Below are positions 1 through 7,982 of a stretch of 64,000 nucleotides of DNA, one piece after another. The notes under the pieces are model-generated. The model had not been told where the DNA came from. It worked only from the letters and a program-made list of their open reading frames with translations, and did no database searches. The stretch is from the NCBI GenBank assembly GCA_016176465.1, contig JACOXD010000004.1, positions 114,119 through 178,118 on the forward strand. Direction: 5' to 3'. A program made the translations under genes and the position numbers. Every line of letters begins with the position of its first letter. Position 1 is the stretch's first letter. This DNA is from Candidatus Daviesbacteria bacterium (GTDB lineage Bacteria > Patescibacteriota > Microgenomatia > Daviesbacterales > UBA10151).

Positions 1-85
1 TTCCTAGATAAAATGCTCCGCCAACAGCAGCAACTATTATCAAAACCCCAACCAAAACTGATACCAGAGCAAATCCTTTTTGCAT
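1..85 (-). CDS. 5' end of a secreted or membrane-anchored hypothetical protein. The start ATG is complementary to 83-85 and the ORF runs off the window start. It is a paralog of the 403..1224 protein.
   Basis: Minus-strand translation begins MQKGFALVSVLVGVLIIVAAVGGAFYL, nearly identical to the N-terminal signal-anchor of ORF 403..1224 (MQKGFAPILALIVIVVFVGVVGGAFYF). The ORF is not in the track because it lacks a stop within the window. Confidence 0.4.
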   Translation of the reverse strand, partial: MQKGFALVSVLVGVLIIVAAVGGAFYLG

Positions 86-122
86 GAATTTATCATAGCA
101 TGAGATGGTATAATAGCCACAT

Positions 123-338
123 ATGAGAAAGGTTCATTCTGTTGTCTGGAAAGAAGATGAATGGTTTGTAGCTAAAGCCTTAGAGGTTGAAGTGGCTAGT
201 CAAGGAAAAAGCGAAAAAGAAGCTTTAGATAATTTAAAAGAGGCTCTAGAGTTATATTTTGAAGATCAAGCACAAATTGATCTAGCTCCAGTTCAAAAAC
301 CTAAACTGCAGGATCTATCTATCCAGGTCAATACCTAA
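123..338 (+). CDS. HicB-like antitoxin (UPF0150 / RNase H-like fold) of a type II toxin-antitoxin pair
   Basis: 71 aa. The pattern VVWKEDEWFVAKALEV...SQGKSEKEALDNLKEALELYFED matches the HicB N-terminal domain consensus (y.a.ie.ddgg.y.a.vpdlpgc.sqGdT.eeAl.n.kEAi). TGgTATAAT (105-113) lies 10 nt upstream of the ATG. Confidence 0.55.
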   Translation: MRKVHSVVWKEDEWFVAKALEVEVASQGKSEKEALDNLKEALELYFEDQAQIDLAPVQKPKLQDLSIQVNT

Positions 339-402
339 GCTTTATTCTGCTAAAAGAGTAATTTCTCAAAGAGGAAGCCACATCAAATTACATAAGGTAA
401 TT
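339..402 (+). pseudogene. HicA-like toxin remnant (N-terminal G-S-H segment only, about 25 codons, no start codon)
   Basis: The frame shifted +1 from hicB translates to IPKLYSAKRVISQRGSHIKLHKVILL*. This resembles the HicA core (GSNHLKLRFHG in E. coli HicA), but only a fragment is present. Confidence 0.3.
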
Positions 403-1224
403 TTACTCTAAAAACTGAGGAAGGTTCCCGCTGCAGCTTTCTACCTTTTCCCAACCATTCGGCACATCACAAGGAGTTGGGAACTCTTTGCACTCACCTG
501 TTTTTGAATTTTTTGCTGGAGTAATAACTTGAATACATACTTCATCATTATTCTCAGAAGTGCTCTGCAAAAATTTGAAACTTTCTAAAATCTCTCCTGT
601 TACTTCTGGTTGATTTTGCGTTGGGAATTTGAGCAAATACATTCTGTCTTTGAATGGCACTAAAATAAACTGAGGTTTGCCATCTCTATAGTCCACAATA
701 TTGTATCCACCTAATTGCCCACTTATTGTAGCAATAAGTGTTGGTGCGATTAAGTTACTCCTTAAAGTAAAATCTCCCCAGATAAATGGGAAATACCAAT
801 ATTTTTTATACCAAGCTTCTGGGTCTAAATTATCAGGATTATTAAATACCCAAATGGTTAAAGGGGCATTTTCAAAATCCCCTTGCTTTTCTAAAAGATT
901 AACTGCCCCTACAAATTTTCCTGGCTCATAACCTACATAAGAGCTAAAGTTTTTTCTAAACTCTCCGTTCCCCCTTTTATTAAACTCTTCTTCAGACTCT
1001 TCTTTTAGAATTAAGTTGGCAGGATAGCTAAACTCAATCCCTAAACTTTGGTTTGAATAACTTTTATCTTTTTCCTTATTTTCCTGGGGTTTTAAATTTT
1101 GGGGAATCAATTTTTGAGGAGAGTCTAAATTTATCTTTTGGCTAAAGTAGAAAGCTCCCCCTACAACTCCAACAAAAACTACTATTACTATTAAAGCTAA
1201 AATTGGGGCAAATCCTTTTTGCAC
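403..1224 (-). CDS. Hypothetical secreted or membrane-anchored protein (N-terminal TM or signal anchor)
   Basis: 273 aa with a hydrophobic N-terminus ILALIVIVVFVGVVGGAFYF and no recognisable catalytic motif. It is paralogous to the truncated ORF at 1..85. Confidence 0.5.
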   Translation of the reverse strand: MQKGFAPILALIVIVVFVGVVGGAFYFSQKINLDSPQKLIPQNLKPQENKEKDKSYSNQSLGIEFSYPANLILKEESEEEFNKRGNGEFRKNFSSYVGYEPGKFVGAVNLLEKQGDFENAPLTIWVFNNPDNLDPEAWYKKYWYFPFIWGDFTLRSNLIAPTLIATISGQLGGYNIVDYRDGKPQFILVPFKDRMYLLKFPTQNQPEVTGEILESFKFLQSTSENNDEVCIQVITPAKNSKTGECKEFPTPCDVPNGWEKVESCSGNLPQFLE

Positions 1225-1246
1225 TGATTTAATTGTACCAAAATTA

Positions 1247-1924
1247 TTAACGGATAGAAGAAATTATTCTCTCAACTTGGGAAGATAAATCTTCCCTGCT
1301 TGAAGCTGGAGCATTATTGTTGGAAACGCGGTGGGAAATAATTAAACCCTTACTACCTATATTTAAACACCATTGATAATTTGTAAGGTATTGATTCCCA
1401 GAAATACTGACATTAGTTTGAGTCAATTTAATTACCTGGTGTTTTCCCAGCTGGACAGTTTCACCCTGACAGTTGGTAGTATTTCCTACTATAACTGTAA
1501 TCGGTTTTATAGCTCTATCACAAACAATTCTTTGGGAAGATAAGTTTACTGGATCAAATTCAAAGTTAGATGAATTAGAGCAAGCTACAGTTCCCCAATT
1601 TTGTTGGTAACTTAACGAAAACCCATCTCCGGTATAAATCTTAACTTGGGTTAAGGATGGGCTGGGCGATGGAGTTTGAGAGGGACGAGGGCTCACTCGT
1701 ACTATTGGGGTTGGACGAGGGGTTGGACTGGGAGAAGGAGTTTGATTGAGGAATTGGCTTGTGGGGGATGGGGTCGCGCTAAATCTAGGCACCTCTGCGT
1801 TTTCAGATATATTATTTCTAAAAGATTGAGTTAAATAATAAATTGTTCCAGCAAGTATTCCTAGGATTAAAATAATTATTATCCCTGCAACAATAAGCCC
1901 CCTTTTTGCCTCCATAGTTTTCAT
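1247..1924 (-). CDS. Hypothetical membrane-anchored protein with a Pro/Ser/Thr-rich linker
   Basis: 225 aa with an N-terminal TM helix (GLIVAGIIIILILGILAG), then a PSPTSQ...TPSPSPTPRPTP...SQTPSPSPS low-complexity linker and a Cys-containing C-terminal domain. Confidence 0.45.
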   Translation of the reverse strand: MKTMEAKRGLIVAGIIIILILGILAGTIYYLTQSFRNNISENAEVPRFSATPSPTSQFLNQTPSPSPTPRPTPIVRVSPRPSQTPSPSPSLTQVKIYTGDGFSLSYQQNWGTVACSNSSNFEFDPVNLSSQRIVCDRAIKPITVIVGNTTNCQGETVQLGKHQVIKLTQTNVSISGNQYLTNYQWCLNIGSKGLIISHRVSNNNAPASSREDLSSQVERIISSIR

Positions 1925-2015
1925 CTTTTACCATAAAATAATAATTTTTTAAAGACCTAGGAAATATACTCTAAGTTTGCTTGTTTAAAACAATCCATTA
2001 TTTTAAAATCAAAAG

Positions 2016-3017
2016 GTGGATTTAAGAGTAATTGATTCTTCTTTAAAAAAAGAATACAACAATTTAGTAACCCATGTTGTCCAATCCTGGCAGTGGGGAG
2101 AATTTAGAGAAAAATTAGGTACTCCTATTTACAGGTATGGAATCTTTGATAAAAATAAGCTTGTTACAGCCTTTACCATCACTTTTCATAAAATCCCCTT
2201 AACCTCTAAATTTATAGGCTACCTCCCTAAGGGAGGAGAACTTACCTCTGACTTAGCTTCCTTCCTTTTGCAAATAGGCAAGGGAAAAAATGCAGCTTTT
2301 ATTAAATTAGAACCTAATATTTTAAAATCAACCAATCTTAAAATAGATAAAAATTTTCATAAATCGCCAAAAAGTATGTTTACTAAATATAATTTTGTCC
2401 TAGATTTAACACCATCTATAGAGGAGTTATTAAAAAAAATGCATCCTAAAACCCGCTATAACATTAGATTGTCTGAAAAAAAGGGGGTAAAAGTAGAAGA
2501 AAGAGTAGATGATGAAGCTTTAGATATTTACTTAAAGTTATATTTTGAAACAACCAAACGCCAGGGCTATTTTGGTCATAATGAAACTTATCATAAAAAA
2601 GTTTGGCAAACTTTAAGGATGAATAATATGGCAAGACTTTTAATTGCTATCTATAAAAACATCCCTCTAACTGCTTGGATGCTTTTTAATTTTAAAGATA
2701 CACTTTATTACCCTTATGGTGGATCATCCAACTTACACCGTGATGTAATGGCATCTAATTTAGTAGCTTTTGAGGCGATTAAATTAGGAAAAAAATTAAA
2801 CTTAAAAAAAATTGATATGTGGGGATCACTTGGTCCTGATGCCAATCCCAAAGATCCTTGGTTTGGATTTCATCGTTTCAAGCAAGGATATGGAGGAGAT
2901 TTAGTTGAATATATTGGCACTTATGATCTAGTTTTTAATAGACCGACTTATTATTTAGTAAGTTATCTAGATCGTTTTACTAAGTTAAAATCAACTCTTC
3001 TTAGATTGTTAGGATGA
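2016..3017 (+). CDS. FemAB-family aminoacyltransferase (peptidoglycan interpeptide-bridge formation), paralog 1
   Basis: 333 aa of FemAB-like size and composition. It is directly coupled to a second paralog by an ATGA overlap. Tandem FemAB pairs of this kind are common in CPR genomes. Confidence 0.45.
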   Translation: MDLRVIDSSLKKEYNNLVTHVVQSWQWGEFREKLGTPIYRYGIFDKNKLVTAFTITFHKIPLTSKFIGYLPKGGELTSDLASFLLQIGKGKNAAFIKLEPNILKSTNLKIDKNFHKSPKSMFTKYNFVLDLTPSIEELLKKMHPKTRYNIRLSEKKGVKVEERVDDEALDIYLKLYFETTKRQGYFGHNETYHKKVWQTLRMNNMARLLIAIYKNIPLTAWMLFNFKDTLYYPYGGSSNLHRDVMASNLVAFEAIKLGKKLNLKKIDMWGSLGPDANPKDPWFGFHRFKQGYGGDLVEYIGTYDLVFNRPTYYLVSYLDRFTKLKSTLLRLLG

Positions 3018-3943
3018 AGGACATACTTTATTCCTCCACCGATGCCCGTCAATCGCCAATGTGGGGAGATTATTTATCTAAAATTGGTTGGAAAATTGAA
3101 TGGGTAGAAAATATTCAAATTTTTATAAGACCACTTCCCTTTTTGCCTTTTTCTATAATTAAAATTCAACATCCACTACCTCCAATTCCCTTTAAAAAAA
3201 TTGATCAAATTGCTAAAAAAAATAAAGCTTTAGCAACTATACTAGAACCTCATAATTTTAAATTCGCTGAAAAAAGTTTTTTAGATAATGGCTACTCAAT
3301 TTCCAAATTAAGATTTGCTCATACTGCTACTACTAAAATAGATTTAACTAAACCTGAAAAAGAAATATTTAAAGATTTCTCAGAAAATGCCAAACGCAAT
3401 ATAAGAAAAGCTCAAGAGAACTTGCTAGTAAAAAACTACTTTCTAAAAGAAATTAAAAACTTTGAAGAGGTATTCCTTCAATTTTTCGCTCTTTTTAGCT
3501 CGATGCAAAAAATAAAAAAAATAATGTTACCAGGTAAAACAGAACAATCTAAAAGATTGAAAGCTTTTGCTAAAAATTCTTTTATCCTCTTTGCCTACTT
3601 AAAAAAATCTAACGGTCCTATTGCAGCTTTATGGATTTTTTTTTATAAAGATGTAGCCTATTATATGCAAACAGGGACAAGTGAGTTAGGTTATAAATTA
3701 ATGGCTAATTATTTACTTACCTTAGAAGCAATTAAGCAATCCAAAAAACTTAAACTAAAAGTCTTTGATTTTGAAGCTATTTATGATCCAAGATATAAAA
3801 GTGACCATAAATCTTGGATTAAATTTTCCGAATTTAAAAAAAGGTTTCATGGCCAAATAATTGAGTATCCCCCATCTTACATAAAATTTTACAATCCTTT
3901 CTTTAAATTATTTTATTTATGTATGACTTATTTTTCCAAATAA
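3014..3943 (+). CDS. FemAB-family aminoacyltransferase, paralog 2
   Basis: 309 aa with weak but collinear similarity to the upstream ORF. The start overlaps the upstream stop (ATGA). Confidence 0.4.
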   Translation: MKDILYSSTDARQSPMWGDYLSKIGWKIEWVENIQIFIRPLPFLPFSIIKIQHPLPPIPFKKIDQIAKKNKALATILEPHNFKFAEKSFLDNGYSISKLRFAHTATTKIDLTKPEKEIFKDFSENAKRNIRKAQENLLVKNYFLKEIKNFEEVFLQFFALFSSMQKIKKIMLPGKTEQSKRLKAFAKNSFILFAYLKKSNGPIAALWIFFYKDVAYYMQTGTSELGYKLMANYLLTLEAIKQSKKLKLKVFDFEAIYDPRYKSDHKSWIKFSEFKKRFHGQIIEYPPSYIKFYNPFFKLFYLCMTYFSK

Positions 3944-4674
3944 TTTTTTTAATAGCCTTAATCTTTTTTTTATTTTTTTTAATTTGGCGGTTAAGACTTA
4001 AAAGATTAAAAAGATATAAATCTTTACTCCTTGGCAATATTGATGTTTATCAAAAATATAATAAAGAGTTGGTCTTAACTATCAATAATTTTGCCCAAGG
4101 AGTATCTATTAATAATGAAAGTATTAAAAATAGTTATTGGTATAGCATAGCTAAAAAAGTAAAAGAACATACTCAAAAAAATAAAAGTCCATGTATTTTA
4201 ATGCTGGGACTTGGTGCAAATACAATTTCCGGATTAGTTAATAAACTAGACCCAAAAATCCATCAAACAATAGTTGAAATTGATCCCTTAATTATTAATG
4301 CTTGTCAGGATTATTTTGATTTAGAGAAAAATAAAAATCTAAAACTAATAAATCAAGATGCCTATAAATTGTTAAATAAAAAGCAAGCATTTGCTGAAAA
4401 ATTTGATTGCATAGTTGTTGATATTTTTATTGGTAAAGCTCCTTATCACTCACTAGATTCCAATAAGCCATTGTTTATAGAAAAGCTACTTAAATATCTT
4501 AAAAGTAACGGCTTGATTATTTTTAATAAGCCAGGTACTTCAAAAGAAACAAAAGAGGATAATCAAATTTTAATAAGTTATCTAAAAAATAACTTTAAAA
4601 ATACTGCAATGGAATATATACACGATCCAAGGGGATATAAGAATTTTATTATTTTTGGCTTTAATAAAAAGTAA
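3919..4674 (+). CDS. Spermidine/spermine synthase-like SAM-dependent transferase with an N-terminal TM helix
   Basis: ILMLGLGANTISG...TIVEIDPLII..A..YF...N..LKLINQDAYKLL...FDCIVVDIF matches the PABS-family pattern (GGGdG...V.vEID..Vi......f...dpR..v...Dg..fl...fDvIivD). Confidence 0.45.
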   Translation: MYDLFFQIIFLIALIFFLFFLIWRLRLKRLKRYKSLLLGNIDVYQKYNKELVLTINNFAQGVSINNESIKNSYWYSIAKKVKEHTQKNKSPCILMLGLGANTISGLVNKLDPKIHQTIVEIDPLIINACQDYFDLEKNKNLKLINQDAYKLLNKKQAFAEKFDCIVVDIFIGKAPYHSLDSNKPLFIEKLLKYLKSNGLIIFNKPGTSKETKEDNQILISYLKNNFKNTAMEYIHDPRGYKNFIIFGFNKK

Positions 4675-5423
4675 TGCCTAAAAAAATCGCTTTAGTGATT
4701 TTCCCAATAATTATTTTACTTTCCTTAGTATTCTTACTTATTAAAATACTATCCACTGATATAAATAATCCTTACAAAATAGTTTTAGTTGGCGATTCCA
4801 TGACCGCAATTTTAGGAGAAAACGTCAGCGAGCTTAAAGATTATTTAAAAAAAGATTTTCCTAATCAAAAGTTTGAAATTATCAATTATAGCCTTGGTTC
4901 AACTAATATCTTTTCTGTTGATGATAGACTGGAGAAGATTTCAACCATATCTGGTAGAATCCATCCTCCTATTTTAAAACAAGACTTTGATTTAATAATT
5001 ATTGAATCCTTTGGACATAACCCGTTGTCTCAATATAAATTAAAAGAAGGGTTAGAAAAACAAACTCACGCTTTAACTTCAGCAATATATAAAATAAAAC
5101 AAACTCACCCAGAATCAAGAATAGTTTTTTTGGCAACAATTGCTCCTCATAAAACCCGCTACGGGGAAGGATCAGTTGTATTAATGCCAGATAAAAGAAT
5201 TGAGTGGGCAAAAGAGAGAGTAGCCTACATAGAAAATCATATTAAATTTGCCAAGGAAAACAACATCCCTTTAGTAAATATTTATCAAAAGTCACTTGAC
5301 GAAAAAGGAGGTGGGAATATTGACTATATTAACACCAAAGACTTTATTCACCCTTCCCCAACTGGTGTATATTTAATTAGCAAAGAGATCGCTGATTTTA
5401 TTAAAAATAATCATCTTTTCTAA
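4674..5423 (+). CDS. SGNH/GDSL-family hydrolase, membrane anchored
   Basis: An N-terminal TM helix, then block I KIVLVGDSMTA (GDS) and block V DFIHPSPTGVYL (DxxH). Confidence 0.55.
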   Translation: MPKKIALVIFPIIILLSLVFLLIKILSTDINNPYKIVLVGDSMTAILGENVSELKDYLKKDFPNQKFEIINYSLGSTNIFSVDDRLEKISTISGRIHPPILKQDFDLIIIESFGHNPLSQYKLKEGLEKQTHALTSAIYKIKQTHPESRIVFLATIAPHKTRYGEGSVVLMPDKRIEWAKERVAYIENHIKFAKENNIPLVNIYQKSLDEKGGGNIDYINTKDFIHPSPTGVYLISKEIADFIKNNHLF

Positions 5424-5448
5424 AAACTTTTTGATATAATCAAAATCC

Positions 5449-6597
5449 ATGAAACTACTTCATTTTTCTGATATTCACATTGGTATGGAAAATTATGCAA
5501 AGCTAGACCCTCAAACTGGACTATCTACTAGATTACTTGATTTTTTTAAAACTTTTGATTTTATAGTGGAAACTGCTTTTGAAAAAGAAGTTGATGCGGT
5601 AGTTTTTGCAGGAGATGCTTATAAAACTAGGGACCCAAATCCAACTCAACAACGAGGCTTTGGAGAGAGAATTAGAAAATTGGCTAAAAAAATTCCAGTT
5701 GTTTTAGTGGTAGGAAACCATGACACTCCAAATGCAGAGGGTAAAGCAAATACTTTAGATATTTACTCCGCTTTGGAAATAGATAATGTCTGGGTTTCAA
5801 GAGTTCCAGAGCTTCTAGAGATTCCAACAAAATCTGGAAATTTACAGATTGTTACTCTTCCTTGGCTTCACAAAAATGATTACAAAACTATTGGAGAAAA
5901 ATTACGTTTACTCTATGATAAAATTCAAAAAAACTCCCCTGCCATATTTTTATCACATGCTGAGGTAATTGGAGCTGAATATGGAAGTGAAAAAGGAATG
6001 ACTATTGCAAATGATGTAACAATTCCTTTGTCAATTTTGCAGGAAAAAAAGCTATCTTATGTCGCACTCGGACACATCCACAAACACCAAGTTTTATCTA
6101 AAGACCCATTAGTTGTATATGCAGGTTCTCCTCATAGGATTGATTTTGGTGAGGAAAAAGAAGAAAAAGGAATTTGTTTGGTTACCATCGATGATGTCAT
6201 TCCCGCGGAAGCGGGAATCCAAAAAAATAGATCCCCGATCAAGTCGGGGATGACATTCCCCGCCACATTCCAATTTACTAAAACTCCTTGTCGAGAGTTT
6301 CTCACCATCATTGTCAATCTAAAAGGGTCTGACCCTAACCCAACTCAAACTATTTTAAATGAGATTGGCAAACAAACTATTAATGAAAAAGTTGTAAAAG
6401 TAATTATTAATATTCCGGCAGAAATATCTGGTGAAATTGAAATGGATAAAATTAAAAAGGCTTTAAACGCTGCACACTACATTGCAGGAATCTCAAGAAA
6501 TGTTGAGAGAAAAGAAAGGATAATTATTGAAACAAAAGGAGTTGAAACTCTTTCTCCAATCCAGGCTTTAGGCAAAAAAATTTACTCCTCTTCATAA
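5449..6597 (+). CDS. sbcD: SbcD/Mre11-family nuclease. It carries an in-frame GC-rich hairpin-element insertion at about 6195-6270.
   Basis: MKLLHFSDIHIG, VVFAGDAYKTRDP, VVLVVGNHDTP and GHIHKHQ are calcineurin-like phosphoesterase motifs typical of SbcD. The segment IPAEAGIQKNRSPIKSGMTFPATFQ is encoded by two GC-rich inverted repeats. Confidence 0.75.
   Translation: MKLLHFSDIHIGMENYAKLDPQTGLSTRLLDFFKTFDFIVETAFEKEVDAVVFAGDAYKTRDPNPTQQRGFGERIRKLAKKIPVVLVVGNHDTPNAEGKANTLDIYSALEIDNVWVSRVPELLEIPTKSGNLQIVTLPWLHKNDYKTIGEKLRLLYDKIQKNSPAIFLSHAEVIGAEYGSEKGMTIANDVTIPLSILQEKKLSYVALGHIHKHQVLSKDPLVVYAGSPHRIDFGEEKEEKGICLVTIDDVIPAEAGIQKNRSPIKSGMTFPATFQFTKTPCREFLTIIVNLKGSDPNPTQTILNEIGKQTINEKVVKVIINIPAEISGEIEMDKIKKALNAAHYIAGISRNVERKERIIIETKGVETLSPIQALGKKIYSSS
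6195..6270. repeat. Pair of GC-rich hairpins (TCATTCCCGC-GGAA-GCGGGAATC and ATCCCCGA-TCAAG-TCGGGGATGAC) inserted in frame in sbcD
   Basis: Perfect inverted repeats of 8-9 bp. The same two hairpins, in the same relative order and in the same orientation with respect to the coding strand, occur at 7075-7176 inside the RT gene. A related ATTCCCG...CGGGAATGACA hairpin is at 26298-26345 in murB. Confidence 0.6.
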
Positions 6598-6628
6598 GAA
6601 AAAATTAGAAGAATATGCTGCAAAGTTA

Positions 6629-7441
6629 CTAGAAAATTAACTTTTGCCTTAATTTAAAACTGTTTGCATGACTTAAATAACCTAAATAAGATTGAAGTGG
6701 CCGATTAAAATTCTCTGATCCTAATTCTTTTAATTTTCTAAAAATTCTTCTTTTTGTTTCTGTTCTAGGCAATCTATAGTGGAGCAAAACAATATATCCT
6801 AAAAAATCAATTCCCCAATCAAGCTTTCTTAGTACAATTTTTTTAGGATGCAACTCAAGTTTTAGATGATCTTTTAGGAATTCACTGATCTGATCTATTA
6901 ATTTAGTATGATAGACTAGTCTATTAGAACTTAATAAAATTAAAAAATCATCAGCATATCTTAAATAATACTTAACTTTTAATTTGTGCTTGATAAATTG
7001 ATCTAACTCATTCATGTAAATATTAGCAAAGATTTGGGAAGTTAAATTACCTAGAGGAATACCCTTACATCCTTTGTCATCCCCGACCCATTTCGCCGAA
7101 GCGGGAGCGAGGCGAGCCTGATCGGGGATCCATGAATATTGTCTGTTTATTATATTCCCGCTTCTGCGGGAATGACATGTACAGAAACTGCTAATTACTT
7201 GTTTTAGTAACCAGGTAATACTCTCATTTGGATCATTAACATAAAAAGAAAAATAATCTCCGTGTCTGTATGTTTTACTCTTTAACATTTCATAAAGACT
7301 AAAAAGATTGTCCTCTAAGTTTCTTTCAAAAGCTTGAATATCAGCTCGTTTCTTTTTTCCTTTTCTAAACTCATTCCATGCTTGAAACAAATTATCTATC
7401 ACACTGCCTGATTTTAGCCTTGACATACCAATTTTTACCAA
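6629..7441 (-). CDS. Reverse transcriptase (group II intron-like or retron-like, 270 aa). The fingers region is replaced by GC-rich hairpin-element sequence, so it is probably inactive.
   Basis: An RT0-like N-terminus (DNLFQAWNEFRKGKKKRADIQAFERNLEDNLFSLYEMLKSKTYRHGDYFSFYVNDP) is followed by RT motifs: GIPLGNLTSQIFANIYMNELD (motifs 3-4), YLRYADDFLIL (motif 5, YADD) and GIDFLGYIV (motif 7). The expected K.R.I...DR...HA block is absent. Two GC-rich palindromes (7075-7132, 7153-7176) occupy that position. Confidence 0.7.
   Translation of the reverse strand: MVKIGMSRLKSGSVIDNLFQAWNEFRKGKKKRADIQAFERNLEDNLFSLYEMLKSKTYRHGDYFSFYVNDPNESITWLLKQVISSFCTCHSRRSGNIINRQYSWIPDQARLAPASAKWVGDDKGCKGIPLGNLTSQIFANIYMNELDQFIKHKLKVKYYLRYADDFLILLSSNRLVYHTKLIDQISEFLKDHLKLELHPKKIVLRKLDWGIDFLGYIVLLHYRLPRTETKRRIFRKLKELGSENFNRPLQSYLGYLSHANSFKLRQKLIF
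7075..7176. repeat. Pair of GC-rich hairpins (TGTCATCCCCGAC...GATCGGGGATCC and ATTCCCGC-TTCT-GCGGGAATGACA) inside the RT ORF
   Basis: See 6195-6270. This copy is the reverse complement of the sbcD copy, with a larger loop (CGCCGAAGCGGGAGCGAGGCGAG) in the first hairpin. Confidence 0.6.
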
Positions 7442-7553
7442 ACTTTATGATTTTTACAAAAATTTAAGTCAGGCAGTTACTACTTTTCCCAAAACTAAAC
7501 GTTATAGGGTATTTGTCAACATTTTACTTCCAAGCTATACTACAAAAACTTAA

Positions 7554-7982
7554 ATGGAAAAAAAGAAATTAAAAAAAGCTGTGATTTTTATTTTTTTAAA
7601 AGATAGAAAAGTCTTAGTAGAAAAGCGGATAAGAGATGCAGAAAAAATATTGAAAAATCAACTTATTTTTCCAGGAGGAGGTTTGGAAGAAAAAGATTTC
7701 GATGATCTAGAAGTTGCGCTGAAACGAGAGATTTTTGAAGAACTCGGAGTATCCGCTTCGAAATTTTCACAATTAGCAAAAGGGTTGAAAATTATTAGTG
7801 CCGGTAAAGATGCCAGTTTACATCCATTTATTATTGAAGCTTGGGAAAATGAAATTCCTGAAAAAATTTTAGATAAAGATGTTCCTCTTTTTTGGGTGGA
7901 TATAGAAGTTATGCTAGAATCCAAAATTGCTCCAACTAAAAAAATAGCAGAATTGGTAAAAGACTATTTAGAAAATGTATGA
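7554..7982 (+). CDS. NUDIX hydrolase
   Basis: A Nudix box FPGGGLEEKDFDDLEVALKREIFEELGV (GGx5Ex7REuxEExGu). A 4-nt overlap (ATGA) couples it to the sbcC start. Confidence 0.65.
   Translation: MEKKKLKKAVIFIFLKDRKVLVEKRIRDAEKILKNQLIFPGGGLEEKDFDDLEVALKREIFEELGVSASKFSQLAKGLKIISAGKDASLHPFIIEAWENEIPEKILDKDVPLFWVDIEVMLESKIAPTKKIAELVKDYLENV

Noticed and set aside
701-931. 76-aa plus-strand ORF
   Set aside because: Antisense within ORF 403..1224, with no RBS.
6132-6317. 61-aa minus-strand ORF within sbcD
   Set aside because: It is created by the ORF-open GC-rich hairpin insertion and is antisense to sbcD.
6629-7553. Possibility that the RT is part of a complete group II intron or retron with ncRNA
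   Set aside because: The flanks are too short (31 nt and 112 nt) for ribozyme domains or a recognisable msr/msd. This is kept only as a hypothesis in the findings.
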